From an uncultured delta proteobacterium (GTDB taxonomy: Bacteria; Desulfobacterota; Binatia; UBA9968), in assembly GCA_963727625.1 (NCBI GenBank), contig CAVSHR010000005.1:640001-704000 (forward strand): DNA of 64,000 nt, given 5' to 3'. Positions 19,017 to 29,744 of this stretch are shown in pieces; the first letter of the stretch is position 1, and every line of letters starts with the position of its first letter. Both the position numbers and the translations under genes were made by a program. The notes below the pieces were generated by a model. The model was not told the DNA's origin. It saw only the letters and a program-made list of their open reading frames with translations, and ran no database searches.

Positions 19017-19125
19017 GATATTCGGCCTCCTTGACCAGTTAGACGCGGTGGCTACGAATTTGTTTACTGACCTGACCGAGTTGGCGGAAAAAGCAGTTGA
19101 TATCGAGGCGGGTTGGAAACGCCAG

Positions 19126-19901
19126 CTAGCGTAGTCTCCGAATGGTCTCAATGCGGTCGTCGATCGCCGGATGGGTCGAGAGAAACCCGCCCCACCCCCG
19201 CCCCCACCCGATGACCGGCGAATCCAGGTTAGCGCATCGACAAGAGCCTCTTTCGAATAACCGCTGCGGCGCAAGATATCGACGGCATGACGGTCGGCGG
19301 CGTATTCTTCGTTGCGGCTGTAACCGCGCGCGACCAGCTCGCCGGCGATCGGCGCAAGCGCTCCGGCTCCGGGAAACAATTGTTGAAGGCCCGCCGCCAA
19401 AATATTAAGCCCGGCGCCGACCACCTGTGCTTTCGCCACATGGCCGAGATCCTGATGCGCGACCTCGTGCGCTAAAACCCCGCGCAATTGGTCGTCATTG
19501 GCACGCCGTAACAGCCCCATAGTCACATAGAACTCGCAATTACCGGCGTTGGCGGCGTTGATTTCGTCCTGATTGATGATGCCGACGCGCGCTTGGTCCA
19601 ACCTGCAGGGATGATCCATGCCGCGAAATAGCGGCACCATCACCCGGCGCAAGCGCTCAACCGTGTACGAGTCGACGCGTCCGGACGCAGATGAGCGGGA
19701 CGAGGGATAATCCTGCCGCGGCGCGCGCCGGCTCGGCGCCGGCCCGACCGCGACGCAGGCCGGCAGTACTGCGGTCGCGAACAATAGAGCTACGACGGCG
19801 GCCAAGCCATTTCGCTTTTGGCTTGGGATTGCCCGCGTTAGCGAAAACCCGCGCCGCACCGCCGTTCGGCTTTTACAAATCTCACTATTTCCGCGAAACA
19901 T
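19126..19901 (-). CDS. M48 family zinc metallopeptidase lipoprotein (one-base frameshift in G-run near 19190)
   Basis: INAANAG, LAHEVAH, YSRNEEYAAD; shifted frame gives FLSTHPAIDDRIETIRRLR*. Confidence 0.85.
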
Positions 19902-19922
19902 AACGGCTGGATTTTAGATTTT

Positions 19923-20780
19923 TTAGGAAGCCGGCCGCTGCTCTCGGGCAGCGGTGGATTGAACGCCAAACTTGTCTTCCACCAGATCCAAGTAGACGGT
20001 GCCAAAGACGATCTTGCTGCTGAGCTTGACCGGCACGCGCCGCTCGTCGGCGGAGATCCAGATCGCCGCTTCGTTCAAGCGATTGGCGTAACCTCTCTTG
20101 GTAATATTTTGGATCTGCGGCACGATCCGGTAGGCTTCGACCGTCTTGCCCGACGCCATCGTCACCGGTTCCTTGGCTTCCACGGACAATTCGAGCAAAT
20201 ACTGATACCGCCCGCCGAAAACTTTGAAGTAGAGCTTGTCGCCGACCTTGAAATCCGTGCTGCGCGCCAGATAGGACGCCGTGATCGGATCGAGCGTATT
20301 GTGCGAATCGAAATGATACACTTTGGCCCGCTTGCCCACCTGCCGCCGGTTCACCGCCCAGCGGTTGGCGGCATGATCGAAATGAGCTTCCGTGTCGATA
20401 ATCCGGGAGTTTTCCCGCTGTTTGAAGGTGAATTGCGACGGCATCAAAGCCTTGGCATCAAAGGTCGAGCGGATCGTATCGCGCATCCGCCAGATAAAAT
20501 CGAGGACCCTGGAAGATTTTGCTTCGACGCGCACCTGGTAAACTTTTCTGCCGTCAACCACCGTCGGTGTGGTGTAAACCTCGGCCGTCGCCACCGAGAT
20601 CATGCCGTTCCAGGTGGCGTGATAGACGGCTTTCTCGCCGTATTCGAAGGGGAAATATTTCGGATGATAGTCCGGCACGGCATCGGCTTTGACCGCCATC
20701 GGCTGTCCCGCCTCAGCGACCGAAAACAGTAGGAAACCGAAAATGACGCTCAAGGCCGTGAAAACTTTGGATTTGTGCAT
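19923..20780 (-). CDS. DUF3108 domain secreted protein
   Basis: FPFEYGE, TLDPITASY, IWISADERRVPVKL. Confidence 0.8.
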   Translation of the reverse strand: MHKSKVFTALSVIFGFLLFSVAEAGQPMAVKADAVPDYHPKYFPFEYGEKAVYHATWNGMISVATAEVYTTPTVVDGRKVYQVRVEAKSSRVLDFIWRMRDTIRSTFDAKALMPSQFTFKQRENSRIIDTEAHFDHAANRWAVNRRQVGKRAKVYHFDSHNTLDPITASYLARSTDFKVGDKLYFKVFGGRYQYLLELSVEAKEPVTMASGKTVEAYRIVPQIQNITKRGYANRLNEAAIWISADERRVPVKLSSKIVFGTVYLDLVEDKFGVQSTAAREQRPAS

Positions 20781-21239
20781 GGTGGACTGTTAGACGTTCC
20801 AGACGGGTAATCGTTTATCGGTCAATTTATCATAAAATCCACACTAAACGAATCTTTTCTTGCGGCGCTCTGACAGAATTCGAGGAATAATCGGTGCAAA
20901 CGTTTGCTCGCGCGAATAAGTAGCTGAATAAACCTGGCAGCCGAAAGTTTTGGCTGCTATCCGGCAAAATATATGAGAGGCCATTGAGGGCATAATTCAA
21001 AGCCGCGCCGTGCGGCCATTTAGGTTGATGTGTTAAGCTAATTCATCGCCCGGCGATCTGTTCCGGAATCGCATCATACCAGCCAACAGATTTCCGCTTG
21101 CCGATGGCTTTGGCATTGGGCCAAACAATTTTAATCTTGAGATTGCCATCCTGGAGCCCTCGGCCCTTGTCACTTTTCAGGTCAGATGACAAAGTGACTG
21201 GCGAGGGTTAAAAGATATACCAAGGATTGACCTGTACTA

Positions 21240-21620
21240 ATGAACCCGCCGGTTTTGCTGCTGGTTGACGACGAAATGAGCGTGCGCGAGTCGCTGAAAA
21301 TGGTTTTTGGCCGGGGTTATCAGGTGTTCGAAGCCGATTCCGTGGACAGCGCCTTGATCAAGGTCAACGAAGCTCACCCCGATGTCGTTCTGCTCGACGT
21401 GTTGATGCCGAAGGCTGACGGCTTGCAGGCGCTCCGACGCATCAAAGAAATTCACCCGGGTTGTGCCGTGATCATGCTCACCGGCATCAATTCCCAACAG
21501 TTGGCGGAAAAGGCAATCGCAGACGGGGCTTTCGACTTTATCGGCAAGCCCTTCGACGTTGGCGACTTACGCCAGAAAGTCGCCCGCGCGCTGGAACATG
21601 TCGCGGCCAAGGCACCGTGA
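21240..21620 (+). CDS. Single-domain response regulator (receiver)
   Basis: LLVDDE, LLDVLMP, MLT, FIGKPF. Confidence 0.93.
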   Translation: MNPPVLLLVDDEMSVRESLKMVFGRGYQVFEADSVDSALIKVNEAHPDVVLLDVLMPKADGLQALRRIKEIHPGCAVIMLTGINSQQLAEKAIADGAFDFIGKPFDVGDLRQKVARALEHVAAKAP

Positions 21621-21629
21621 GGGTGGCTG

Positions 21630-22367
21630 ATGGCATCGCCTCGGACCCTGTTCGGTGATCGCCGCCGAACCCTCACGTGCTTTTTCCTCGCCGTCCTGCT
21701 CCTTGCCGGCTGTGCCCGCCTCAAACAATGCGCTTATCAGGGCGTCAATCGTGACCAATGGCAACAGCCGCAGAAAGTCGTCGCGGCGCTACAAATCCAG
21801 CCCGGCGCTCTCGTCGCCGACCTCGGCGCGGGCGGGGGCTACTTTACATTGAAGCTCACCGATGCGGTGGAATCCGATGGTATCATTTTCGCTGTGGACT
21901 TCGACCCCGGCATGGTCGATCTCGTTGCCAGCGAAACTAAACAAATGGCCGCCGCCAATGTCAAAGCGATTCTGGGAAGCCCCGCCGACCTTCGCCTTCG
22001 GAAAACCGGCGTCGATTTGATCTTTACCTCGAACACTTACCACCACATCCAAAATCGCGTCGCCTATTTTGCCAAGTTGCTAAACTATCTTCGTCCCGGC
22101 GGCCGCATCGCGATCATCGAATTCGACCGGCGTAGCTGGATCGTCGGGCTTTTGCGTCACTACACCCCGAGCGAGTTCATCAAACGGGAATATGGAGCAA
22201 GCCGGATACGAGCTGCGCCAAGAATTCGATTTTTGGATCGCCAATCCTTTTTAATCTTCGCTGCCAAGCAGCCTTTATCAATCCCCAAAAAACCGGGTTC
22301 GCCGGCAAGCAACGATTCCCGGCGAACCCGGCGATCGGCAAACTCTACTTCTGCCGAATTAACTTAA
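21630..22367 (+). CDS. Class I SAM-dependent methyltransferase (lipoprotein-type N-terminus)
   Basis: RDQWQQP, VADLGAGGGYF, LRPGGRIAIIEF; short compensated frameshift near 22190-22235. Confidence 0.85.
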   Translation: MASPRTLFGDRRRTLTCFFLAVLLLAGCARLKQCAYQGVNRDQWQQPQKVVAALQIQPGALVADLGAGGGYFTLKLTDAVESDGIIFAVDFDPGMVDLVASETKQMAAANVKAILGSPADLRLRKTGVDLIFTSNTYHHIQNRVAYFAKLLNYLRPGGRIAIIEFDRRSWIVGLLRHYTPSEFIKREYGASRIRAAPRIRFLDRQSFLIFAAKQPLSIPKKPGSPASNDSRRTRRSANSTSAELT

Positions 22368-22379
22368 AGCGTAGCGGGC

Positions 22380-22622
22380 TTATTTGGCCGGCGATTTCGT
22401 GTTTTCGTCTGGCTTTGCCGCCGCGGGTGTCGTGCTTTGGTCCGAGCCGGTGGCCGGGGCCGTCATGCCTTCCGCGGTTGCCGATGGCGCCGGCTCGGGT
22501 GACGCAGCAATGCTGGACGATGATTGCGGCGACTCACTTTCATTTTTCTTCTCGCACGCTGCTAAAAACAATACCAGTCCAAGGATTGTTGCAACTGCAC
22601 CCATCAAACTTGTCTTGATCAT
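22380..22622 (-). CDS. Small low-complexity lipoprotein
   Basis: LAAC lipobox, S/P/A-rich tail; GGGAGGG RBS. Confidence 0.65.
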   Translation of the reverse strand: MIKTSLMGAVATILGLVLFLAACEKKNESESPQSSSSIAASPEPAPSATAEGMTAPATGSDQSTTPAAAKPDENTKSPAK

Positions 22623-22842
22623 TCTTTCATCCCTCCCGTGAATTTCTATTCATTTCTTGCCCTCCGACCGCGCCGATGAGAACCGGTAAGCGCGCTCCTC
22701 GATCTGCATTTTCACGCCCTTAAAAAACCACGCGGATCAAACCGCCTTCTGATTCGTCAGCTTCATTGATGCCAGGTGGATTTCCCAGCTTTCGCTCATA
22801 CGCCAAGGGAAGAAACCTGCGCGAGCTTGCTGCGATATCCGT

Positions 22843-23199
22843 CTAATATTCTTCGCGTTCGAGCCGCAGTCTTTCCAGCTCGTACCGCTGCCGGTCGATC
22901 TCCGACTGGTTGTTTCGGATTGCGTTTTCTTGGCGTTCATTCTGAATCTCCTGTCCTTGCAGCTGATCGCCGACCAACGCTCCGGCGCCTAAGCCGAGCC
23001 CGCCGCCGATGGCGGCGCCGGCCGCCGGATGGCCCACGGCGCTGCCGACAATTCCGCCGACCGCGGCACCGCCGAGGGCGCCGATGCCCGCGCCTTTCTC
23101 ACGCGTCGTAAGCGCGCCGCCGGCGCACCCGGCCAACAGCAGAGTTGCCGCCATCAACAAAACCGCCTTATGATTGCCTAGCGTTGTTGTCGATATCAT
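22843..23199 (-). CDS. Glycine-zipper lipoprotein, paralog of 18654-19016
   Basis: AGCAGGALTTREKGAGIGALGGAA identical core; AAGGAG RBS. Confidence 0.85.
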   Translation of the reverse strand: MISTTTLGNHKAVLLMAATLLLAGCAGGALTTREKGAGIGALGGAAVGGIVGSAVGHPAAGAAIGGGLGLGAGALVGDQLQGQEIQNERQENAIRNNQSEIDRQRYELERLRLEREEY

Positions 23200-23231
23200 A
23201 GAAGAAGTCTCCTTTCCGAGCTTCGCCAACG

Positions 23232-23435
23232 TCAATAAAGATAATGCGAGTAGCGCGCGGCATTGCCGCGAATGAACGCGAGAAGCTCTTCCTCCTGCGG
23301 TTCCACATACAATCGAAAAAAGGTTCCCTGCCTGTCGGTGATCGCGTAGCCGGCGCGAAGATTGCTTGCCGGGAGGATCGTTAAGCCGAACAAGACTAAA
23401 GCCGCGCTTAGCCGTTTTCGTCGCTTCACTTTCAT
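23232..23435 (-). CDS. Small hypothetical protein with signal-like N-terminus
   Basis: 67-aa ORF in the operon; G-rich RBS. Confidence 0.45.
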   Translation of the reverse strand: MKVKRRKRLSAALVLFGLTILPASNLRAGYAITDRQGTFFRLYVEPQEEELLAFIRGNAARYSHYLY

Positions 23436-23460
23436 CGGGCCCCCCTTTCGCTAAGATTGC

Positions 23461-23856
23461 CTACGACGTCTGTCGCTCGGCCCGGATCAACTCCAACGCT
23501 TTCTGCCGCAGCTCCGGATTACCGTTTACCGCGACAAAAACTTGATTGTATTTCTGCGGCGTGAACCCTTGTTTCAAGAGGACGCGGCGCACTTTTTCGT
23601 TCCCTTCCTTGGCGATTTTCTCTTTGGCCTTTTCATCTTTCGTTGCTCTTAGTTGAGGCTCGTAGCTCCGCTTGATTCTATGATACTCGACGTAGGCCTT
23701 GGCAAAGGCTTTGAGTTCTTTATCGCTTACCTTCGACTGCGCCGCCGCGGACCCTTGCCTCGAGCCCGCCCAGGCGCTACCCGACGCCCTAAAGCCGACA
23801 ATCAACGATGCCAAAAGCGCTGCTCCGATTAGAAATTTAACGGTGATGCGTGTCAT
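23461..23856 (-). CDS. DUF4168 domain secreted protein
   Basis: VSDKELKAFAKAY, GFTPQKYNQV, NPELRQK; AAGGAGG RBS. Confidence 0.8.
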   Translation of the reverse strand: MTRITVKFLIGAALLASLIVGFRASGSAWAGSRQGSAAAQSKVSDKELKAFAKAYVEYHRIKRSYEPQLRATKDEKAKEKIAKEGNEKVRRVLLKQGFTPQKYNQVFVAVNGNPELRQKALELIRAERQTS

Positions 23857-23889
23857 CCGATCCTCCTTGTCGCTTTGCCCCGCCGGCCC

Positions 23890-24510
23890 TTAGGTACGGA
23901 CGTCTTTCGCCTCGGGCGACTTCGCTTCGAGCTTCTTGAGTAAATCGTTAAACGTCGACTTGGCGAGAATTCGGTTGAATTGGGAACGGTAATTGTTCAC
24001 CAGGCTGATGTTTTCGATCACCACATCGTAAACCTTCCAATCCCCGCCCGCCGATCGCAGTTTATAATTCAGCGCGATTTCCTGGCCTTTCCTGGTGATA
24101 ATTTTGCTGTCGACTTCAGCCAGGTTTTGCGTAACCTTTTCCCGCCCGTAAACGATCTTTTCGCCGTCGTAGGACTCGATCTGGTCCGCGTAGGATTTTT
24201 CCAGGAGGTCGGTGAAGAGTTGCACGAACCTTTTTTGTTCCTCGCCACTGACTCTCCGCCAATTCGCACCAAGCGAGCGCTTGGCCATCTCGTCAAAGTC
24301 AAACCTATTTCCAATGATCTGGCGCAGCCGTTCGCGGCGCCGGCTCTCTTTATCCCCCCCCTTGAACCGCGGATCTTGGAGCAGGGTAAGCACTTGATCC
24401 GCGGTTTGACGGACTTGATCCGTCGGCGCTCCCGCTCTTAGTTCGGCGGGACCAACGATTTGCCACAACAACACAATGACAGGCACGAAAACGATTTTTA
24501 GATAGCGCAT
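23890..24510 (-). CDS. mlaC: MlaC/Ttg2D phospholipid-binding periplasmic protein
   Basis: FDFDEMAKRSLG, WKVYDVVIENISLVNNYRSQF. Confidence 0.92.
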   Translation of the reverse strand: MRYLKIVFVPVIVLLWQIVGPAELRAGAPTDQVRQTADQVLTLLQDPRFKGGDKESRRRERLRQIIGNRFDFDEMAKRSLGANWRRVSGEEQKRFVQLFTDLLEKSYADQIESYDGEKIVYGREKVTQNLAEVDSKIITRKGQEIALNYKLRSAGGDWKVYDVVIENISLVNNYRSQFNRILAKSTFNDLLKKLEAKSPEAKDVRT

Positions 24511-24527
24511 GGATTCCCCCTCTTCTT

Positions 24528-24764
24528 TTAGACCGCCCAATGGACCGGCTTGTTCGTCTGCGTTTTAGGTTTGGAAATACCGCGCGTCATGAGCGGCGCG
24601 AGTCGAACCGATGATGGCGATGCGGAATTTTTCAGAAGTCCGGCCAACAGAACTGCCACCACTCGGTATTTTTTCCGCTCGTTGCCCACATAGTGTCCCG
24701 CTTCATCGGTCAAAGTGACGATCAAATCCCCCAAAGTCGTGTCGAATTTTCTTACTCTCTGCAT
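24528..24764 (-). CDS. Hypothetical protein
   Basis: GGAGAGGAGG RBS before MQRVRKFDTTLGDLIVTLTDEA; first gene of the operon. Confidence 0.55.
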   Translation of the reverse strand: MQRVRKFDTTLGDLIVTLTDEAGHYVGNERKKYRVVAVLLAGLLKNSASPSSVRLAPLMTRGISKPKTQTNKPVHWAV

Positions 24765-25041
24765 GATTTCCTCCTCTCCAAAACAACCGTGCCGTTTATT
24801 GAAATCTGTCTTGCGACATTTCAAAAATTTACTCGCACTGTCGCAACACGCTGCGGGTCGCAGACAAACTTTCGCCTTGCGATGACTTGCCGGTCATCGA
24901 TCGCTGATTCTCCCCTCGCGTTGATATTGTGCTCGGTTTACGAGCCGGGCGATTTCGTCTGCGGAATTATTTATTGCTACCCAAGTTAGCCACCTCCGAT
25001 AAATTTACATTTCGTGGTTTCGCTCACGCCCTAATGTAACC

Positions 25042-25056
25042 GCAAGGCCCATACCA
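25042..25056 (-). promoter_or_regulatory. Sigma54 (-24/-12) promoter for the envelope operon
   Basis: TGGTATGGGCCTTGC (GG-N10-GC); dyad TGTAGG-N5-TCCTAC at 25135-25151 lies about 80 bp upstream, where an enhancer would be. Confidence 0.55.
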
Positions 25057-25512
25057 ACGGCTTCAAGCCGGGCGTAAGCCGCGCAAATACAAGAGGGATT
25101 CGACCGTTACCGGGCGACCAGGATGAATCTCTATTGTAGGGCATTTCCTACGTTGGCGTCTGACAGTAAGCAAATAACCGCCACAAATCTGGTGACCTGA
25201 ATGCTGAAGGAATTCGCCGTCACGGAATTTGGCGATTACTCTATGCGTATGTGTGGAATTTTTGAATTTATCGCGCCGGCTCCGCAGGCAGCGTCGCAGT
25301 GATGATTATCCGCATTACGTCCTTCGCTGCTTAACCCTTGGCAAAATCCCGGGCAAGGCTGCGCCGTCGTCAACGAGCGCGCGAGCAAACCGCCGATTTG
25401 CAGACCGGCCGCCCGGTAATTTTCTAATTCTTACTGGAAGCCCGCCTAGGCGCGCGTCAACGCTTGCTCCACTGAAGGAAAATCGGTACCTTACATTGCG
25501 ATTGGAGATTCC

Positions 25513-27513
25513 TTGACGACGACCTATATCCTCAAAAACCCGCCGCTACCGGAACGCAGCAGTTCAGGTCTTGATTACCGCAAGGAATTAAATGACGCGC
25601 AGTATCAGGCAGCGACCGCAATGGAGGGGCCGTTGTTAATTATTGCCGGCGCCGGCACCGGGAAGACTCGGACCTTGGTCTATCGCGTCGCCCATCTCAT
25701 CGACCAGGGGATTGACCCGCGCTCGATTTTATTGCTGACTTTTACCCGCCGCGCCGCCGAAGAAATGATCCGGCGCGCCAGCCTGTTGATCGACGGGCGC
25801 TGTAATCAGGTGGCCGGAGGAACCTTTCATTCCTTTGCCAATCTGGTTCTGCGCAGTCACGGCCGCCATATCGCGCTCTCGCCGTCGTTCACCATCATGG
25901 ACCGCACCGACAGCGAGGACGTGATCCAGCTTATCCGCAGCGACATGGGGCTGAACACCAAAGAGAAGCGCTTTCCGCGCAAACAAACCGTGGCGGAAAT
26001 CTTCAGCATGACCCATAACAAGCAGACGCCGCTGAACGATCTGCTCGAGCTCGAGTACCCGCACCTGGTCGATGCCAACTTCGAACTGGGTGAGCTGTAT
26101 CGCCGATACGTCGATTATAAGTCGACCAAATCGCTGCTCGACTACGACGATCTACTGATCAAACTGCGCGATCTCCTGGCCAATCACGGCGAGGTCCGCG
26201 AGCGTCTTTCCGATCTCTTTCGCTACATCATGGTCGACGAGTACCAGGACACCAATCATCTGCAGGACGAGATCGTCCGCCTGCTCGCCGCCACCCATGA
26301 CAACGTCGCCGTGGTCGGCGACGACGCTCAGAGCATCTATTCGTTTCGCGGCGCCAATTTCCGCAACATCATGGACTTCCCCAAGCAGTTTCCCGCTGCG
26401 CGGCTTATCAAGCTGGAAGAAAACTACCGCAGCACCCAGCCGATATTGAATCTCACCAATGAGATCATCGAACGCGCCAAAGAGGGCTATGAGAAGCGGT
26501 TGTTCACGCGCAAGAGCGTCGGCACTAGACCCAAGCTGGTGCAGGCTGGCAGCGAGCAAATGCAATCGCAATTCGTCTGCCAGAAGGTTCTGGAGTTGCG
26601 CGAGCAAGGCGTGCCGCTGTGGGATATCGCGGTGCTGTTTCGCTCGAGTTTTCACTCTTTCGATTTGGAAATCGAGCTCGCGCGCCATAAAATTCCATTC
26701 GTCAAGCGCGGCGGTTTTCAATTTATGGAAGCCGCCCATGTGAAAGACCTGCTCGCCCATATGCGGATTCTCGCCAACCCGCAGGACGCGATCTCCTGGA
26801 ACCGGGTGCTGCTTCTGCTCGAGGGCGTCGGGCCGGGGGCCTGCCGGAAGATCACCAAATGGCTGCTCGAAGGCAGCGACGCGGTCGCTCGCCTGCGCAG
26901 CTACCAAGCTAAAGGTAAGATCGCCCACGGTTTGCGTACCCTGGCGCAGGTGCTCGAAGAAGCCAAGCAGGCTGAGTTGCCGTCGGAGCAGGCCCAGTAT
27001 CTGATGCAATATTACATGCCGATCCTGAAGCAGAATTACCCCGACGACCATCCCAAGCGCTTGAGGGACATGGAGCATTTTCAGGGCATGACCGAGCGTT
27101 ATCGCAGCCTAGAGCGTTTGCTCAGCGACATGGCGCTGGAACCGCCTAACGACAGCATCGCCGGGGTTTTGGCAGTCGACCCGGACGAGGGGCCGCTCAT
27201 CTTATCGACAATTCATTCGGCGAAGGGTTTGGAATTTCATTCGGTGTTCATCATCTGGGCCTTGGAAGGCAGATTCCCTTCGTTTTACAACACCAACTCC
27301 GACGAAGAGTTGGAGGAAGAACGCCGGCTGCTCTACGTCGCCGCCACCCGCGCCAAGCAAAATCTCTTTATCAGTTACCCGACCCGGGTTTTCGACAAGA
27401 GTCTCCGCATGGTGTTGTCCCGCCCGTCGCAATTCATCGACGGCATGCCGCAACGGCTGCTCGAACCGGTCGCGCTTGTGCCCGAGGGGTCCTACTGGGA
27501 TTGGGAGAGTTAA
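25513..27513 (+). CDS. ATP-dependent DNA helicase, UvrD/PcrA/Rep family
   Basis: AGAGTGKT, MVDEYQDTN, VGDDAQSIYSFRGA, STIHSAKGLEF, EERRLLYVAATRA. Confidence 0.96.
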   Translation: MTTTYILKNPPLPERSSSGLDYRKELNDAQYQAATAMEGPLLIIAGAGTGKTRTLVYRVAHLIDQGIDPRSILLLTFTRRAAEEMIRRASLLIDGRCNQVAGGTFHSFANLVLRSHGRHIALSPSFTIMDRTDSEDVIQLIRSDMGLNTKEKRFPRKQTVAEIFSMTHNKQTPLNDLLELEYPHLVDANFELGELYRRYVDYKSTKSLLDYDDLLIKLRDLLANHGEVRERLSDLFRYIMVDEYQDTNHLQDEIVRLLAATHDNVAVVGDDAQSIYSFRGANFRNIMDFPKQFPAARLIKLEENYRSTQPILNLTNEIIERAKEGYEKRLFTRKSVGTRPKLVQAGSEQMQSQFVCQKVLELREQGVPLWDIAVLFRSSFHSFDLEIELARHKIPFVKRGGFQFMEAAHVKDLLAHMRILANPQDAISWNRVLLLLEGVGPGACRKITKWLLEGSDAVARLRSYQAKGKIAHGLRTLAQVLEEAKQAELPSEQAQYLMQYYMPILKQNYPDDHPKRLRDMEHFQGMTERYRSLERLLSDMALEPPNDSIAGVLAVDPDEGPLILSTIHSAKGLEFHSVFIIWALEGRFPSFYNTNSDEELEEERRLLYVAATRAKQNLFISYPTRVFDKSLRMVLSRPSQFIDGMPQRLLEPVALVPEGSYWDWES

Positions 27514-27516
27514 TCA

Positions 27517-29025
27517 ATGATGCAATTGCTGCTCAACTTTGTCGTCTTCACCAGCGGCGCGGTGTTGATGGCGCTGGAAATCGTCGGCAGCCGCATCTTG
27601 GCACCCTATTTCGGCAGCTCGATCTTCGTCTGGGGCAGCCTGATCTCGGTGGTGATGACCGCATTGAGCATCGGCTATTATTGGGGCGGCTGGTTGTCAG
27701 CGCGAGAACCGACCTACGGTAAGCTTTTGACCCTCCTGGCGATCCCCGGAGTGCTGATTTTTTTTCTGCCGTTCATTTATCCATCGGTCAATGAATGGAT
27801 CGCCGGCATCGATTTCGGCAACCGGCTCAACCCGCTGATCGCCTGCAGCGCGCTTTTTCTGTTGCCGGGAGTCTTTATCGGCGCCATCTCACCCTACGTT
27901 ATCCGGCTCGCCGCAACCCAGCTCCATACTGTCGGCAGCACCGCCGGCACGCTCTATGCAGTGTCGACCTGCGGCAGTATTTTCGGCACGCTGCTGACGG
28001 CCTTTTATCTGATTCCGGTTCTAGGCGTGAGCAATATCATTCACGCTCTAGGCATCACACTGGTATGTTTGTCCCTAGTTGTAGTACCCTTGGTCCGGCT
28101 GCAGGGCGTTACACTATCGCGAGCTGTTGCCACCATGTTTTGCATCCTGGGGCTTACGGATATGTTTTGGGCGCCCTTAGCTTGGACGAAAACCATTTTG
28201 CAAAGAGACACCTTCTATCACCGCATCCGCATCGAGGAGGACAACGAAGCGCGCTACATGTACTTCGACCGCACACTTCAAAGCGCCATGAATTTGAAAG
28301 ACCCCACGGCGCTTCGATTGCTTTACTCGCGTTACACTTCGCTCGGTATGGCGTTTCGACCGGACGCAAAAAAGATGCTCGTCATCGGGCTCGGCGGCGG
28401 TTCGATCCCGAAAAAGATCCGGAAGGAATTTCCCCATATGGAAATAGACGCCGTCGAGATCGACCCCGAGGTGATCAAGATGGCTAAGGACTATTTCCAG
28501 GTCAAAGAGAGCGATCTGCTCAGGCTCTATGCCCAGGATGGCCGGCTCTTTCTGACCCGCACACAGCAGCAGTACGACATCATCTTGCTCGACGCCTATT
28601 TTACCGATTCCATGCCGTTTCATCTCACCACCAGACAATTTTTCGAGTTGGCGCAGAAAAGACTTACGCCGAACGGCGTGGTCGTGGCCAACTTGATCAG
28701 CGCCGTCACCGGCTCGCACGGCAAGATCGCGCGCGCCTTCGTACGCACGCAGCGCCAGGTTTTTCCCCAAACCTACGTATTCGCCACGCGTCGCCCCGAT
28801 AACGTCAGCCTCGATGCCATTCAAAACGTCATTGTCGTCGCCACCCGCGATAAGCAACGCGTCGACATCAGGGAAATCGTCAAGCGGGCCACCGTCGTGG
28901 ACAGCGGCCTTTTTCCGGATCCCATTCAAGACATCGGCGTCGCCTACTATGACAAATCCCTCCCGGAAGACGTGCCGGTACTCACCGATGATTTCGCGCC
29001 GACGGATAACCTGCTCAATCCTTAG
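27517..29025 (+). CDS. Fused membrane (MFS-like)/spermidine synthase family protein
   Basis: SGAVLMALEIVGSRILAPYFG TM region; VIGLGGG, VEIDPEV, DGR, LTDDFAP. Confidence 0.92.
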   Translation: MMQLLLNFVVFTSGAVLMALEIVGSRILAPYFGSSIFVWGSLISVVMTALSIGYYWGGWLSAREPTYGKLLTLLAIPGVLIFFLPFIYPSVNEWIAGIDFGNRLNPLIACSALFLLPGVFIGAISPYVIRLAATQLHTVGSTAGTLYAVSTCGSIFGTLLTAFYLIPVLGVSNIIHALGITLVCLSLVVVPLVRLQGVTLSRAVATMFCILGLTDMFWAPLAWTKTILQRDTFYHRIRIEEDNEARYMYFDRTLQSAMNLKDPTALRLLYSRYTSLGMAFRPDAKKMLVIGLGGGSIPKKIRKEFPHMEIDAVEIDPEVIKMAKDYFQVKESDLLRLYAQDGRLFLTRTQQQYDIILLDAYFTDSMPFHLTTRQFFELAQKRLTPNGVVVANLISAVTGSHGKIARAFVRTQRQVFPQTYVFATRRPDNVSLDAIQNVIVVATRDKQRVDIREIVKRATVVDSGLFPDPIQDIGVAYYDKSLPEDVPVLTDDFAPTDNLLNP

Positions 29026-29641
29026 CGCGCTTTTCCTATCCGCCTGTTCGGTCCTAGGCCCCGACGCTCCGCAAAGGGTCGTGCGCATCAAGGTGGTCGC
29101 CGACGTTCCGTTCCGGGCGCGTAATCCTAACTGGGCCGAGGCAGCACGCGGACTCGTCGAATCGGCTTCGGATTATTACGAGCGCGAGTTTGACATCCGC
29201 TTTGCCACGCAGAGCGTTTTCGCATGGCCGGCAGCGGAGCGCATCGATTCCACGCCGGTGCTGCTCGCAAGGCTGAAGAAGGAGTTTCCGGTTCGTGCCA
29301 AGGATGGCAGTTACGATTTGATTGTCGCTTTTACCGCTGAAAATGTGAGCCCATATCTAACCGCCGGCCGGCCTCGCGTGGACCGCATCGGCAACTGCCG
29401 ACAGGGCTTGGCCAGTTACGCGGTGGTGCCGATTCATAAAGTCTTCCACTATCAGGGGACCGACGCCGAACCCGAGCTGGACGTGGTCGCCCTGATTCAC
29501 GAGCTCGCCCACGTGTTCGGCGCCGAGCATGTCGAAGACATCAACTCGATAATGAACGAAACCTTCGGCTATCGAACTGAGTTCGATGCGAAGAACCGCT
29601 CCGTGATCCTGAAAAACCGCGCCTGCCCGTTTGCCAAATGA
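28988..29641 (+). CDS. Metzincin (M12-like) metallopeptidase lipoprotein
   Basis: LSAC lipobox; HELAHVFGAEH (HExxHxxGxxH); SIM Met-turn. Confidence 0.82.
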   Translation: MISRRRITCSILSALFLSACSVLGPDAPQRVVRIKVVADVPFRARNPNWAEAARGLVESASDYYEREFDIRFATQSVFAWPAAERIDSTPVLLARLKKEFPVRAKDGSYDLIVAFTAENVSPYLTAGRPRVDRIGNCRQGLASYAVVPIHKVFHYQGTDAEPELDVVALIHELAHVFGAEHVEDINSIMNETFGYRTEFDAKNRSVILKNRACPFAK

Positions 29642-29744
29642 GGAAAGAGGCGGTAGGCATGAGTCGCGAGGCGGCAGTGCGAAAGATTCGTCGAAGGAAT
29701 TCAGTCCGGCTCACGCCTCAAGCCTCACGCCTCATACCTAAATC

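Noticed and set aside
18654-19901. 415-aa M48 peptidase-glycine zipper fusion
   Set aside because: Produced by a missing G in a G-rich run near 19190; the STHP motif and stop are in another frame, and the zipper gene has its own RBS.
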